Origin: an uncultured Bacillota bacterium
GTDB lineage: Bacteria; Bacillota; Clostridia; Acetivibrionales; DTU013
Length of the DNA stretch: 64,000 nucleotides
Reading direction: 5' to 3'
Assembly: GCA_942493145.1 (NCBI GenBank)
Contig: OW818679.1
Location: 4,062,584 to 4,126,583 of the forward strand
The notes beneath the pieces were generated by a model. The model saw nothing but the letters and a program-made list of their open reading frames with translations, was not told where the DNA came from and searched no databases. Positions 20,035 through 30,281 of this stretch are shown piece after piece. Positions within the stretch are counted from its first letter, which is position 1. Each line of letters begins with the position of its first letter. The position numbers and the translations under genes are program-made.

Positions 20035-20077
20035 TTTGTAACACTTCATTCCTGTATATCACTCGAAGTGTTACAAA
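20035..20077. repeat. Perfect 13-bp inverted repeat with a 17-nt spacer in a divergent intergenic region
   Basis: TTTGTAACACTTC-N17-GAAGTGTTACAAA, read directly from the sequence. Confidence 0.85.
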
Positions 20078-20258
20078 TACACCTCCTTGATGTTGTGGCA
20101 GCTTAAGCTTTTCAAAAAGTCTTTCTATAACAATTATAATTGGCAAATACAAAAATGTCTGACTTTTGATAAAAGAATACCTGAGTATTGCCCTTCAGGC
20201 CTATATTTGGTATCATCTAATCAAGTTTGTTGACATCAAGCGACCGGAGGGCAATCAC

Positions 20259-21362
20259 ATGAGGTATTTCAAGGAAAACACGCAGATAATAAAACAAATC
20301 ATAAATGGAATGTTAGACTGGGTAAGGGTATTGGACCTTGACTGCAATATCATTTATATGAACAAGGAGATGACTGAGAACCTTTTAGACGCCAAATTAG
20401 GTGATAAATGTTATAAGGCTTCAGGCAGATCGGAACCTTGTGAAAATTGCATATCAAAGCAGGTCATAAAATATGGAAATCCGTCAGAAAAGGAAGAAAT
20501 AATTAATGGCAAGGTTTTCTCTGTATTGAGTTCTCCGGTAAAAAACCCCAAGGGCGAAGTTATTGCTATTGTGGAGGTCATGAGGGACGTAACTGAAGTG
20601 AAAGCGCTGCAACAAGAAATGTTAAAACAGAACAAAGCCATGTTGGATAATCTGAGCATAGCACGTCAACTTCAGGCCTGTCTTCTTCCAAAGCCCATAT
20701 CCGATGAGCATATCACCTTCAATTATATTTATAAACCGTCTGAAGCTATCGGCGGCGATTTTCTTGACATCTTCAGAATCGGTGAAAAGCATCTTGGCCT
20801 ATGCATTGCTGATGTTTCCGGGCATGGAGTTCCCGCATCCATGCTGACTGTATTTCTCAATTCATCACTGAACAAGGAAATCCTTTCCCCTGCCAGGGCA
20901 TTGGATGATCTTTTCAGGGCATTCAACCGCCTGAGAGCTTATGAAGAAATGTACATAACTATTTTTTACGCAATAATTGATCTTGATGCCAAAACCATCT
21001 CCTATTCCAATGCCGGCCATAATGCAAGCCCCATTTTGATTTCAGGAGAGAATATAAAGGCTCTGAAGCAGCCAGGGATACCATTGAGCAATTGGTCCGA
21101 GCAACCTGATTACTCGGATATGCAGATAGGCTATAAATCCGGTGATCGTCTGTTGTTGTTCACTGATGGCATAATCGAAATCCGGAATTTTCAAAATGAG
21201 CTGTTCGGGAAAAAAAGACTGTTGGAACACATACTCAAGAGTACGGGAGAAGTAGAAGAAATTCTCGAATCAGCAGTTAAAGAGGCTTGTATTTATGGCG
21301 GAATAAAAGATGTCTCAAAAATTCAGGATGATATTACTATTGCTTTGATTGATTTGAAATAG
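20259..21362 (+). CDS. PAS-domain PP2C (SpoIIE/RsbU-type) serine phosphatase
   Basis: The N-terminal PAS-like region contains a Cys cluster (CYKASGRSEPCENC). The C-terminal PP2C region has GGDFLDIF, DVSGHGVPASM, FTDGIIE and DDITIALIDL. Start is ATG 20259, 8 nt after GGAGG. Confidence 0.8.
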   Translation: MRYFKENTQIIKQIINGMLDWVRVLDLDCNIIYMNKEMTENLLDAKLGDKCYKASGRSEPCENCISKQVIKYGNPSEKEEIINGKVFSVLSSPVKNPKGEVIAIVEVMRDVTEVKALQQEMLKQNKAMLDNLSIARQLQACLLPKPISDEHITFNYIYKPSEAIGGDFLDIFRIGEKHLGLCIADVSGHGVPASMLTVFLNSSLNKEILSPARALDDLFRAFNRLRAYEEMYITIFYAIIDLDAKTISYSNAGHNASPILISGENIKALKQPGIPLSNWSEQPDYSDMQIGYKSGDRLLLFTDGIIEIRNFQNELFGKKRLLEHILKSTGEVEEILESAVKEACIYGGIKDVSKIQDDITIALIDLK

Positions 21363-21378
21363 CATTCAGAATCCAACG

Positions 21379-22443
21379 TTACTTTGCTTCACGCCGACTT
21401 ATTGTAAGTGCTGATGCTGCAAGGAAGGTAAATCCTCCGATAGCGGCAATCACCTTTCCTGTGGGGGTTCCACCATATATAGGAGCCAACCTGACCATCA
21501 GGTATATCCCCGCCATCACAATGGCACTTGAGTTAAGCACCACCGATACAGGGATGTGTTCCACCGCTGCACTTTGAAGCCAGCTTTGAAAAGACATCCG
21601 GATTGATATAACAAATCCCAAAAAGCAGAGTATGCCAAGACCCATCGGTAACACCCCGACCAGCGGAGTACCGGAACCCATACTTGTCAGCTCATCAATT
21701 GCCAGTGTTCCCGCTGATTTATATATAAGAATGTTGCCGACTATGAACGCAACACCTCCCAGCATATTCATCCACAGGGCCCTTACTGCATTGTCCACCA
21801 GTACGGCGTTGCCGTCGTGTGAAATTAGCAGAAACAAGCAAAGTGTGGTGACTTTCCAGAAGAAATACAGCCCCATCAGGTCGTTTGTCATTGTCAAGGC
21901 ATTCATAGCCGCAAGCAGTACGAACATCATCATGAAAAACCTGGGCTGCTTCGACTTTGCATTGTGATTGTGATGCTCCTGCCCATCCATGTATCCCAGG
22001 GCAAATAGAACTATGACAGGTCCTATTATTGATACGGGGAATATCATTGCTAGTGAGAGATGGTCTATTACAAAGGCATTTTTAGTCTCCACAGCATTCA
22101 CAAAAACTTCAAGAAATACCACCAGAAAAAATTGAAGCACGGCGAGTATTGATATTATAAGCTTTTTAAGAGAAAGTCCCAGGTATATGATATAAACAAG
22201 AAGTGCCAGATCAAGAAACTTGATAATCCATCCTGCATCAAGCGCAAAGACATCAAAGGACATTTCGATCCTTCCTCCTGCCTTTTTCACCATTACAGCA
22301 AATAATACTGCTGTAACCACAAGGGCGACTGAAGTTAATATTACTATAACCCATCGTGCCGACCGCTTTTTGATGATATGGCATAAAGCAGCAGCAATTG
22401 CCGGCAGTAATATGGACACTGCCAACAATAAAAATTTATCCAC
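21379..22443 (-). CDS. Proton-conducting-transporter family (NuoL/M/N, MnhA/D-like) membrane protein, short and without partner genes
   Basis: LMGLYFFWKVTTLCLFLLISHDGN resembles the conserved TM5 region of the family. At 354 aa the protein is much shorter than usual, and it ends 16 nt from the convergent gene. Confidence 0.55.
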   Translation of the reverse strand: MDKFLLLAVSILLPAIAAALCHIIKKRSARWVIVILTSVALVVTAVLFAVMVKKAGGRIEMSFDVFALDAGWIIKFLDLALLVYIIYLGLSLKKLIISILAVLQFFLVVFLEVFVNAVETKNAFVIDHLSLAMIFPVSIIGPVIVLFALGYMDGQEHHNHNAKSKQPRFFMMMFVLLAAMNALTMTNDLMGLYFFWKVTTLCLFLLISHDGNAVLVDNAVRALWMNMLGGVAFIVGNILIYKSAGTLAIDELTSMGSGTPLVGVLPMGLGILCFLGFVISIRMSFQSWLQSAAVEHIPVSVVLNSSAIVMAGIYLMVRLAPIYGGTPTGKVIAAIGGFTFLAASALTISRREAK

Positions 22444-22472
22444 AGCTTTTTCCCCTCTCAGTAATTCTCTCT

Positions 22473-23342
22473 TTACATCTCCCGTAACGTACCGGATACC
22501 ACCCTGTCGATTCCTGAAAGATCCTTTCTGACTATTACCCCGGTAAAATTCACTTTCATCATTTCAACAATCTCTCCGGCTTGCCCCGCCCCGGCTTCAA
22601 AAGCAAGTATTCCTCCAGGTTCGAGTATTTCCGGCGATCCGTCAACTATACGTCTGTAAAAATCCAATCCGTCCACTCCACCATCCAATGCACGCGCAGG
22701 TTCGAAGCCACCAACCTCGCGCTGGAGACCAGGCAGATCCTTATGTTCAATATATGGGGGATTGGAAACGACAATATTGAACTTCCTGTTCTTTATTCCT
22801 TCAAACAGATCAGTGTTGATAAATTCCAACCTATCTGATACACCATTCCGGATTGAATTGGCCCTGGCGGTTTCCAGTGCCTCACTGGAGATATCTGCAG
22901 CCGTAACCATACATCCGGGAAGATAATGTGCAAGGCTTATGGCTATACACCCCGAACCCGTACCAATATCAAGGATCCTGGGCGGATTGCCTCTTTTACG
23001 GCAATACTCCCTCCCTGCTTCAATCATTTCTTCGACTAATACTTCCGTGTCCTGTCTGGGTATGAGCACTGATGCATTCACCTCAAAATCCAGTGACATG
23101 AATTCCTGATGCCCGGTCAGATATTGCACAGGCATCCCGGTGCATCTAAGCTTGAGCAACTCTTCAAACCTTGATTTTGCTGCTTCTTCAAGGCTATCCC
23201 CGCCATGTGCGTATAGATAAGCCCTGTTATATTTCAATATATGACACAGTAATACCGAAGCATCGACTACAGGTTCAACGATGCCGGACATCGCCAGCTT
23301 CCTGACCGCCTCGTCGAGATAATCTCTGATCTTACCACTCAT
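22473..23342 (-). CDS. prmC: Release factor glutamine N5-methyltransferase
   Basis: ILDIGTGSGCIAI is the SAM-binding motif and VVSNPPYI is the NPPY motif. The likely start is ATG 23342, overlapping the upstream stop (ATGAGTGGTAA). Confidence 0.9.
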   Translation of the reverse strand: MSGKIRDYLDEAVRKLAMSGIVEPVVDASVLLCHILKYNRAYLYAHGGDSLEEAAKSRFEELLKLRCTGMPVQYLTGHQEFMSLDFEVNASVLIPRQDTEVLVEEMIEAGREYCRKRGNPPRILDIGTGSGCIAISLAHYLPGCMVTAADISSEALETARANSIRNGVSDRLEFINTDLFEGIKNRKFNIVVSNPPYIEHKDLPGLQREVGGFEPARALDGGVDGLDFYRRIVDGSPEILEPGGILAFEAGAGQAGEIVEMMKVNFTGVIVRKDLSGIDRVVSGTLREM

Positions 23343-24267
23343 CGGCCTTTTCATCCTCGACCAGTACCGCGTTCATGGCTGCTATCGCTACCTCTATCTG
23401 CGCATCATCCGGCTCCTTGGTGGTTAAGAGCTGGAACAGCATTCCAGGAGCGATGATAACTTTCATTATTGGCCAATCCACATGCTTGCCTGAAAACTTC
23501 AGTAGCTCATACGATAATCCTGCAACAAGCGGTATGAGCACCAGCCTCATAAGGACATTCATAACCGGTGATAACCACGGCAGCAGGGAAAATATAATAA
23601 TGGCAATGACCATTACCAGAAACATGAAGGAAGTCCCGCAACGCGGATGCTTGGTTGTATATTTTCTAATATTTTCAACTGTTAGTTCTTCTCCCTTTTC
23701 ATAGCAGTGAATGGTCTTATGCTCTGCACCGTGGTATTGCCATACCCTTTTGATATCTTTCATGAGCGAGGCGAAGTAAATATATCCGAAAAACAATGCT
23801 ATCCTGATTAAACCCTCAATGAAGTTGTATGCAAGTAGTCCCAATCTGGTCTCTTCATTAAAATTAAAAAAGCCCGCTATCACATTCGGAAGCAGTATGA
23901 ACAATCCTATACTGAAAGCAAGGGCAATGATTACAGAAAAATATACTATTGCATCCTTGAATTTGTCGCCGAACAGCTTCTCAATGAATGCATCAAGTTT
24001 TGAAGGCTTTTCACCTTCCTGTCCTTCCTCGAGCTCAATGAAGTCAGCAGAATACATTATTGCCTTAACGCCAATGACCATCTGTCTGAACATATTTACA
24101 GCCCCGCGGATGACCGGTATTTTTGCCGCCAGTGATTTGGGCGGTACCGGCTTCTTATCGATAATGATCTCACCATCAGGTTTTCTGATGGCTATTGCAA
24201 TATCATTCGGGCCCATCATCAGTAGGCCTTCAAGTAATGCCTGGCCCCCTATGCTTGTTTTTTTCAT
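23332..24267 (-). CDS. DUF1385-domain membrane protein (YqhQ-like)
   Basis: IGGQALLEGLLMMG and YHGAEHKTIHCYE are signatures of the family. It sits in the conserved position between rpmE and prmC. Confidence 0.8.
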   Translation of the reverse strand: MKKTSIGGQALLEGLLMMGPNDIAIAIRKPDGEIIIDKKPVPPKSLAAKIPVIRGAVNMFRQMVIGVKAIMYSADFIELEEGQEGEKPSKLDAFIEKLFGDKFKDAIVYFSVIIALAFSIGLFILLPNVIAGFFNFNEETRLGLLAYNFIEGLIRIALFFGYIYFASLMKDIKRVWQYHGAEHKTIHCYEKGEELTVENIRKYTTKHPRCGTSFMFLVMVIAIIIFSLLPWLSPVMNVLMRLVLIPLVAGLSYELLKFSGKHVDWPIMKVIIAPGMLFQLLTTKEPDDAQIEVAIAAMNAVLVEDEKADEW

Positions 24268-24320
24268 TTATTATTCTCCTCTGTTATATAAAGGCTGTCG
24301 TTTAAAAGCTGTTCCATATA

Positions 24321-24349
24321 AGAAAAAAGGCTGAACCTTGTTCAGCCTT
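24321..24349 (-). terminator. Rho-independent terminator after rpmE
   Basis: On the minus strand, the hairpin aaggctgaacaaggttcagcctt is followed by TTTTTT. Confidence 0.6.
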
Positions 24350-24459
24350 AAGTTTAACACTCTTACTATTCTTTTTCAAATACATTATTGGCACATTTGA
24401 CACAATTTTTACACTTCTATGCATTATTTAATCTGTTGGTGAATACCTACAAACAAAAA

Positions 24460-24669
24460 TCAGCGATCGTCAACGATACCAAATTTTTTCTTGAATTTCT
24501 CAACGCGTCCGCCGACATCGATTAACTTCTGCTTTCCTGTGAAAAACGGATGGCATTTGGAGCATATTTCAATATGAAGATTCTTTTTTGTTGAGCCTGT
24601 TGTAAAGGTTTCTCCGCAAGCGCACTTTGCAACCGCTTCGCCATACTTCGGATGGATATTTTCTTTCAT
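24460..24669 (-). CDS. rpmE: 50S ribosomal protein L31 (Zn-ribbon type)
   Basis: [48 protein letters not shown]. Start is ATG 24669 after AGGAGA. The tracked extension is spurious. Confidence 0.95.
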   Translation of the reverse strand: MKENIHPKYGEAVAKCACGETFTTGSTKKNLHIEICSKCHPFFTGKQKLIDVGGRVEKFKKKFGIVDDR

Positions 24670-24798
24670 CGTTATTCTCCTTCTCATACTCTTGTGCAAA
24701 ATAGTTTTCGCCATTTTGCCAGCAAACATTATTCTAACACATGCCTATTATTACTGCAAGCACAATTATTTCTATTATATATCCATAAAGGGGATATA

Positions 24799-26865
24799 TT
24801 ACTTGTCTAAAAATTGCACATTGATGCTTCTTACAAAATCCTCATTGGTTTTTGTCTGTTGTAGCTTGTTCAGAATCATCTCTGTCACTTCAGAGGTTCC
24901 CAGACTGCTCATGGCCTTCCTTATAGCCCATATACCGTCAAGCTCGCGTTGGTTGAGCAGCAGCTCTTCCCTTCTTGTCCCCGACTTGTTTATGTCTATT
25001 GCAGGGAATATCCTCTTTTCTGAAAGCTTTCTGTCAAGGTGGATTTCCATATTGCCCGTTCCCTTGAATTCTTCGAATATTACATCATCCATCCTGCTTC
25101 CGGTTTCGATAAGTGCTGTTGCTATGATAGTCAGGCTGCCCCCAAATTCAATATTACGGGCAGAACCGAAGAACCTCTTCGGGCTATGGAGAGCGCCGGG
25201 ATCAAGTCCGCCCGACAGAGTCCTGCCCGTTGGGGGTATGGTGAGGTTGTACGCACGGGACAGTCTGGTGATACTGTCAAGGAGTATGACTACATCCTTC
25301 TTGTGCTCTACCAGCCTCTGTGCACGTTCGAGCACCATTTCTGCAACCTTTATGTGATGCTCCGGTACCTTGTCGAAAGTCGAATATATGATGTCGCCCT
25401 TTATCGAGCGCTGCATGTCCGTAACTTCTTCGGGCCTCTCATCTATGAGGAGGACTATAAGCTCAACGTCAGGCCAATTAGTTGTTATTGCATTGGCAAT
25501 TTTCTTAAGGAGTATTGTCTTACCTGCTTTTGGAGGAGACACTATCATACCCCTCTGACCCCTGCCTACTGGTGCGATAAGGTCTATTAACCTCGTAGAA
25601 AGCTCCTTGGGACCGGTCTCCAGCGTTAGCTTCTGTTCAGGAAAAATAGGTGTCAGATATTCAAATGCTACTCTTTTGGACGCAATATCCGGTGTATCAC
25701 CATTGACTGTCTGTACATAAAGCAATGCCTGGAATTTCTCGCCCTCTTTGGGTATCCTGCCTTTTCCTCTGACCTTGTCGCCGGTTTTAAGTCCGAACCG
25801 CCTGATTTGTGAGGGTGATACATATACATCCTTGGGACCGGAAAGGAAATTGTCGCTCCTCAGAAATCCATATCCGTCAGGAAGAACTTCAAGCACACCT
25901 TCCACCGGATCGTCCGCTTCAATCTTCTCGCCGCCATTCTGTTGCTGGACTGGTTTACCATCCTGTTGAACCGGCCTGCCATCCTGTTGAACCGGCCTGC
26001 CTTCCTGTTGAGCTGGCCTGCCTTCCTGTTGAGCTGGCCTGCCTTCCAGTTGAGCTGGCCTGCCTTCCGGCTGGGCTACCCTGCCTTCGAGCTGGTTATA
26101 GCGACCTTCCTGCTGATTATTTCCATTTTCACGTTTTTGTTCATAAACTCTTTGAGTTGGCCTATCCTCATCTTTATTAGCCTCAGGCATGACAGTTTCC
26201 TGCCTTTGGATTTGAGTCGGTTCCGTTTTGATCTCCTGCCGAGGATGAACTTTCTGCTCATTAAGGGCATCCAAACGGTTTTTGCCATGTACCGGCTTGT
26301 GATGTGGAATAGTGACTGTTTGTGATTGATTAACGATTTTATCTTCAGACGGAGGCTCCGGTATTGTCTCCTGAACGGCCGCTGCTTTGCTCGGCCTGCC
26401 TCTCTTTGATTTTCTCATTGTAGCGGGTTCGTCATTTACAGTTATATCTTCGGTTTCATTACCCGAATTGTCCTGCACGGCATCCGCTTGTTCTGTTTCT
26501 TCAGTTATCTCATCAGCTGTTTTTTTCGCTCCTGGTTGAGCTTTTTTCACCTGTTTCTTGTCCTGCTGTGTTTTCACTGCTACCGTACCAGTAGCCTTTT
26601 TAGCCTTTGAAACCGTTTCTTCATTCTTTGGTTCGGCTTCCTGCATATCTGCGTCACCATCTTCCGTCTGGAGTTTCACAGGCTTTCTACCCCTTTTGGG
26701 TTTTGCAGCCATCTCCCCTGTGTTATTGCCGTCTTTTGAACCGGCTCCCAGGATTTTTTCGATAAGTTCATTCTTACCATCACCTGGGATTTCTTCTATG
26801 CCCATCATCTTGGCTATGTATTGCAAATCTCCCAGCGATTTACTCCCAAGATTAATTTCTTCCAT
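24799..26865 (-). CDS. rho: Transcription termination factor Rho with a ~290-aa disordered N-terminal insertion
   Basis: An N-terminal Rho_N-like helix ([16 protein letters not shown]) comes first. The canonical body follows: [11 protein letters not shown], the RNA-binding domain, Walker A PPKAGKT, and the Q and R loops. Between these lies a K/E/Q-rich low-complexity segment that includes 8 heptad repeats. Confidence 0.95.
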   Translation of the reverse strand: MEEINLGSKSLGDLQYIAKMMGIEEIPGDGKNELIEKILGAGSKDGNNTGEMAAKPKRGRKPVKLQTEDGDADMQEAEPKNEETVSKAKKATGTVAVKTQQDKKQVKKAQPGAKKTADEITEETEQADAVQDNSGNETEDITVNDEPATMRKSKRGRPSKAAAVQETIPEPPSEDKIVNQSQTVTIPHHKPVHGKNRLDALNEQKVHPRQEIKTEPTQIQRQETVMPEANKDEDRPTQRVYEQKRENGNNQQEGRYNQLEGRVAQPEGRPAQLEGRPAQQEGRPAQQEGRPVQQDGRPVQQDGKPVQQQNGGEKIEADDPVEGVLEVLPDGYGFLRSDNFLSGPKDVYVSPSQIRRFGLKTGDKVRGKGRIPKEGEKFQALLYVQTVNGDTPDIASKRVAFEYLTPIFPEQKLTLETGPKELSTRLIDLIAPVGRGQRGMIVSPPKAGKTILLKKIANAITTNWPDVELIVLLIDERPEEVTDMQRSIKGDIIYSTFDKVPEHHIKVAEMVLERAQRLVEHKKDVVILLDSITRLSRAYNLTIPPTGRTLSGGLDPGALHSPKRFFGSARNIEFGGSLTIIATALIETGSRMDDVIFEEFKGTGNMEIHLDRKLSEKRIFPAIDINKSGTRREELLLNQRELDGIWAIRKAMSSLGTSEVTEMILNKLQQTKTNEDFVRSINVQFLDK
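25942..26109 (-). repeat. In-frame tandem repeat, 8 x 21 nt, encoding EGRPAQQ-type heptads inside rho
   Basis: [56 protein letters not shown]. The unit boundaries were checked against the nucleotide sequence. Confidence 0.9.
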
Positions 26866-27107
26866 AATTCACCGCCTTATAAAACTATGATATTTATTTG
26901 ATTTATTGGAAACTCATTCTGTCATTTAGTGTTAACAGTTTCAAAGTATTGTTTAGAATAGATTCCTGCTTTTTGTAATAATAAGAAGGATATATTGCTA
27001 TACGGAAAACACATGAAACTTCCTAGGTTATATTTTAGGGATAAAAAACAAAAAGAATGTTTCTTGAATACTACCTTAGGCATTATAACACTATGCAAAT
27101 ATTATTG

Positions 27108-27764
27108 TCAATCTTTTAAAATTGTATACGGTACTTTTCCAAAGAATTGAGGTATTTCTTCACAAACAACCATGCTCTGCTTCACCATGACAGCTTTCAA
27201 GTCTTCATTTGTTGCCGCCTTGATCATTTTCCCCGTATTGCATCTGCTGCATTTGAGAAATATCCTGTCGGACAGCAGGACAAGTTCGATGTCCCTGTTG
27301 CCGCATTCACAGTATAAATTGCCCTGCTCGGCAATATCATGTATCTTGTTCAAAGAATCCAGCATGACCTGGGTATTTCTAAAATAACTGTCGTATCCAA
27401 ACATGTTGATCAGTTCATCAAGTTCCTCTTCAATGTTGTCCACTGCTTTTCTGACAGGTAAGTCCTTTCCGAGGAAACACAGCTTCATTCCAGTTTCAGG
27501 GCAGCTGAATGTATTGATCTCCTTTGTCAAAAGATCTTTTTTGCCAAAAAGGAATGCATGATCATTTCCACAGCCGATACATGGCATCTTTACAAGCAGT
27601 CCCCGTTCGAAATCAGCTCTTACAGTGATTCTGGAATTTTTACAATGGCAACGGAGAACACTGTCCTCCCTGCTGGACATCGAAAAGAGTGAAACATTGA
27701 AGAATTCAAAGCTTCCGCACGAAGGACATTTATATGCGATTGTCAGACTGGTATCAATGAGCAT
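27108..27764 (-). CDS. Cys-rich hypothetical protein (multiple CxxC zinc-ribbon-like motifs)
   Basis: The motifs are CPSCG...CHC, CIGCG, CECG...CSRC. Start is ATG 27764 after GAGGTGAGG. Confidence 0.5.
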   Translation of the reverse strand: MLIDTSLTIAYKCPSCGSFEFFNVSLFSMSSREDSVLRCHCKNSRITVRADFERGLLVKMPCIGCGNDHAFLFGKKDLLTKEINTFSCPETGMKLCFLGKDLPVRKAVDNIEEELDELINMFGYDSYFRNTQVMLDSLNKIHDIAEQGNLYCECGNRDIELVLLSDRIFLKCSRCNTGKMIKAATNEDLKAVMVKQSMVVCEEIPQFFGKVPYTILKD

Positions 27765-27884
27765 TTTCCTCACCTCGCATCAACATATATATTATATTCT
27801 CCATAAATGAAAAAAATCCTTCTTTCGGCGCATTTAAGAGGATTTTGGGATAGCTTTCCAACGGATACTGCAATACAATGCAAA

Positions 27885-27911
27885 GGAGAGTGAGAACTGT
27901 TCCCACTCTCC
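27885..27911 (-). terminator. Hairpin downstream of the SLH-protein gene
   Basis: The hairpin is ggagagtg(g/a)gaac.gttc.cactctcc. Only a weak T tract (tttgcatt) follows on the minus strand. Confidence 0.35.
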
Positions 27912-27972
27912 TGACTGTTATGTAGCCTGAAGCCCGGCTGCCTGCCTGCTCCAACTGCCTGATTTAACTTAC

Positions 27973-30138
27973 TTACGATGCTTGCAGGTAGTTGTAAATC
28001 ATGACTGCCGCAGCTGCCCTTGTAAGCCCACCTTTGGGATTGAAGCTGCCGTTGTAGCCATTGATTATCTTCAGCCCTGCTGCAATGGAGATGTATGCTT
28101 CCAGCCCTTCGGTTATTTGTCCCCTGTCCGCGAAGGTACTTGCCTTGTATAAATCCTTCAGGTCTGCTACTTTATCAAACTTCATAGCCCTGATTATATA
28201 TTTGACGGCTTCCTCCCTCGTCACAGTTACATTGGGTGCCTTCTCACCCTCCTTAACAATGCCCTCCCTGATCAGGTAAGAATAAAGATTGTCTATTTCT
28301 TCTTGTGAGCTCTTGTCTGTTATAGCTATGCCATAATAGTTCAGTGTCTTTGAAAGCAGCAACAGAAAGTCTTTCTGCAGTATAACGGTTGCCGGCTTAA
28401 ATTCCGTTCCTTCCAGAGATATGCCGTTTTCCGCCAGAACCGTTATTTGATTCTCTGCATACGAACCTGCTATATCAGTGTATGATACCAATACGGCTTC
28501 CTTGTACACATCACCGTTGTAATCCAGCAGGTTTCCCGTGACTGCACTTATTATGTGCGGTTTTGTTGTATCAAGTGCATATGCGAGCATTACTTCGGGC
28601 GTTTCCGTGATGGTACCGTATCTTGAGAAGCTCTGTGTCTTGAGCCTGTATTCCAGGTTCAGTCCTACATTTTCAAAGAGCTTTTCATAGGCGGCATCAA
28701 GTGTTATTGTGTTATTTAAGGCCGGGAAGGTCGTATTGAACCATGCCATGTTGAGGTTGCTGATTTCTCCGGTAATAGCATTGTATTCGATATTGATGCT
28801 GTTATCAGGAAATTCAATTCCGTTAACAAGCCTGATATATCTAAGTGAGAAACTCGTTGGTTCGGTTGTTCCATAATTCGCAACCATTTCTTCCGTATAG
28901 AGTTCGTCGTATTTAACCTGTTTCACGAAATCAGCGTAGTATGCAGCGAGGAGTTTGTCAGCTGCAGCCTTTGCATCCTTCTGAGTATAGACCGCTTTTG
29001 TACCCTGCTGACTTGAGGAGTAACTGTAATAGTTCTGGATGACGCCCGTATTAGCATTGACTCCGACATAGATATTGCTTACCACCTGCTTATCGGCGTC
29101 GGTTTTGGAGTAGTTCAGGCTCCAGGTATATTCCTCTCTTAAAGGCCAGTTTGCATAAAGGCTGTAATTATCGAGCTTGTATTCATTGGTTATCCCAGTG
29201 AAGCCTGCCGCCTTTGCGATTGCTTCAACTTCCTCCAGAGTTTTCAGTTTTGCTGCATCAGATACCGCCTTTTGTTCATCCGGATCGAGAATGACTTCTG
29301 TAACTGATGAATTCATGGTTTTTGCAGAAGCGCTTGCTCCGCCCATGGCCTGATCGTACATTATCCCGTAATAGTAGCCGATATGCGCCCTTTCACCGGT
29401 GACTGCATCAAGCACATAGGAACCATTTTCATAAACAGGTACATAAGCCGGGAACAACCTGAGTACATTTTTGCTGTAGTCGTAGGAATACTTGTATATT
29501 AGCTTGAGGCCCATGTTATCCTTGTATGCCTGCTTTGCTGCATCAAGTGTTATTGACTTGGGCGTCGGGAAAGTCAGTCCGAAGGTCCAGTTGCGGCTGA
29601 AATTCTGCAGTTTGCCTGTCTGTCTGCTTATGGTGACATATACACTATTGTTGTAGAAAGGAAGTCCGTTAACTACCCTGTAATAATTGAAATAGTAGCT
29701 GGAATCCAGGCTGTAGTTCTGGTTGGCGTCCTGCAATTTTATTTGTGCCAGCAGGTCGGCATCGATGGACTTTATATATTCTTCGGCCTTCTTTGCCGCC
29801 TCCTGTCTGCTCAGAGCAGGAAGCTTTTTTGTCTGTGTGTAATCAGATGATGAATATGTATAGTAGCTCAATATGACTCCATCTTCATTTACAGTCACAC
29901 TGATGCTGCTTCCATCAATAGTGTCCTTGCTGTTCCAGTTAAGGTAGAATATCTTTTTGGCCCCATCCGTGCTTATGTTGGATTCGAATCTATAATTGTC
30001 CGGGATCTCAAATTTGGTTTTTGCGATCTTTATGGCATTTTCGAGAGATTGGTCCATGGTCTCGGCAAATGCCTGAATTGGCAGAACAAGAGTAAAAATC
30101 ACGATGACCGCTAATAACAATGAAATTCTTCTTTTCAA
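27973..30138 (-). CDS. Cell-surface protein: signal peptide, repeated PepSY-like modules, C-terminal SLH domains
   Basis: The probable start is TTG 30138 (KRRISLLLAVIVIFTLVLPIQAFA), 6 nt after AGAGGTG. The C-terminus carries SLH-like segments (YTDIAGSYAENQITVLAENGI... and FNPKGGLTRAAAAVMIYNYL). Confidence 0.7.
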   Translation of the reverse strand: MKRRISLLLAVIVIFTLVLPIQAFAETMDQSLENAIKIAKTKFEIPDNYRFESNISTDGAKKIFYLNWNSKDTIDGSSISVTVNEDGVILSYYTYSSSDYTQTKKLPALSRQEAAKKAEEYIKSIDADLLAQIKLQDANQNYSLDSSYYFNYYRVVNGLPFYNNSVYVTISRQTGKLQNFSRNWTFGLTFPTPKSITLDAAKQAYKDNMGLKLIYKYSYDYSKNVLRLFPAYVPVYENGSYVLDAVTGERAHIGYYYGIMYDQAMGGASASAKTMNSSVTEVILDPDEQKAVSDAAKLKTLEEVEAIAKAAGFTGITNEYKLDNYSLYANWPLREEYTWSLNYSKTDADKQVVSNIYVGVNANTGVIQNYYSYSSSQQGTKAVYTQKDAKAAADKLLAAYYADFVKQVKYDELYTEEMVANYGTTEPTSFSLRYIRLVNGIEFPDNSINIEYNAITGEISNLNMAWFNTTFPALNNTITLDAAYEKLFENVGLNLEYRLKTQSFSRYGTITETPEVMLAYALDTTKPHIISAVTGNLLDYNGDVYKEAVLVSYTDIAGSYAENQITVLAENGISLEGTEFKPATVILQKDFLLLLSKTLNYYGIAITDKSSQEEIDNLYSYLIREGIVKEGEKAPNVTVTREEAVKYIIRAMKFDKVADLKDLYKASTFADRGQITEGLEAYISIAAGLKIINGYNGSFNPKGGLTRAAAAVMIYNYLQAS

Positions 30139-30281
30139 ATGAATACACCTCTTTCTTGATAGTTGGTTTAATTTATGTTGGAACTCTTTAACGCTCAATA
30201 GATTAGACCTTGAATAGGGATAAAAGTTCCAGAGAAATTAATAATTTCTTAAAATCATTTTAAAAATTTATTGTTGCGAAT

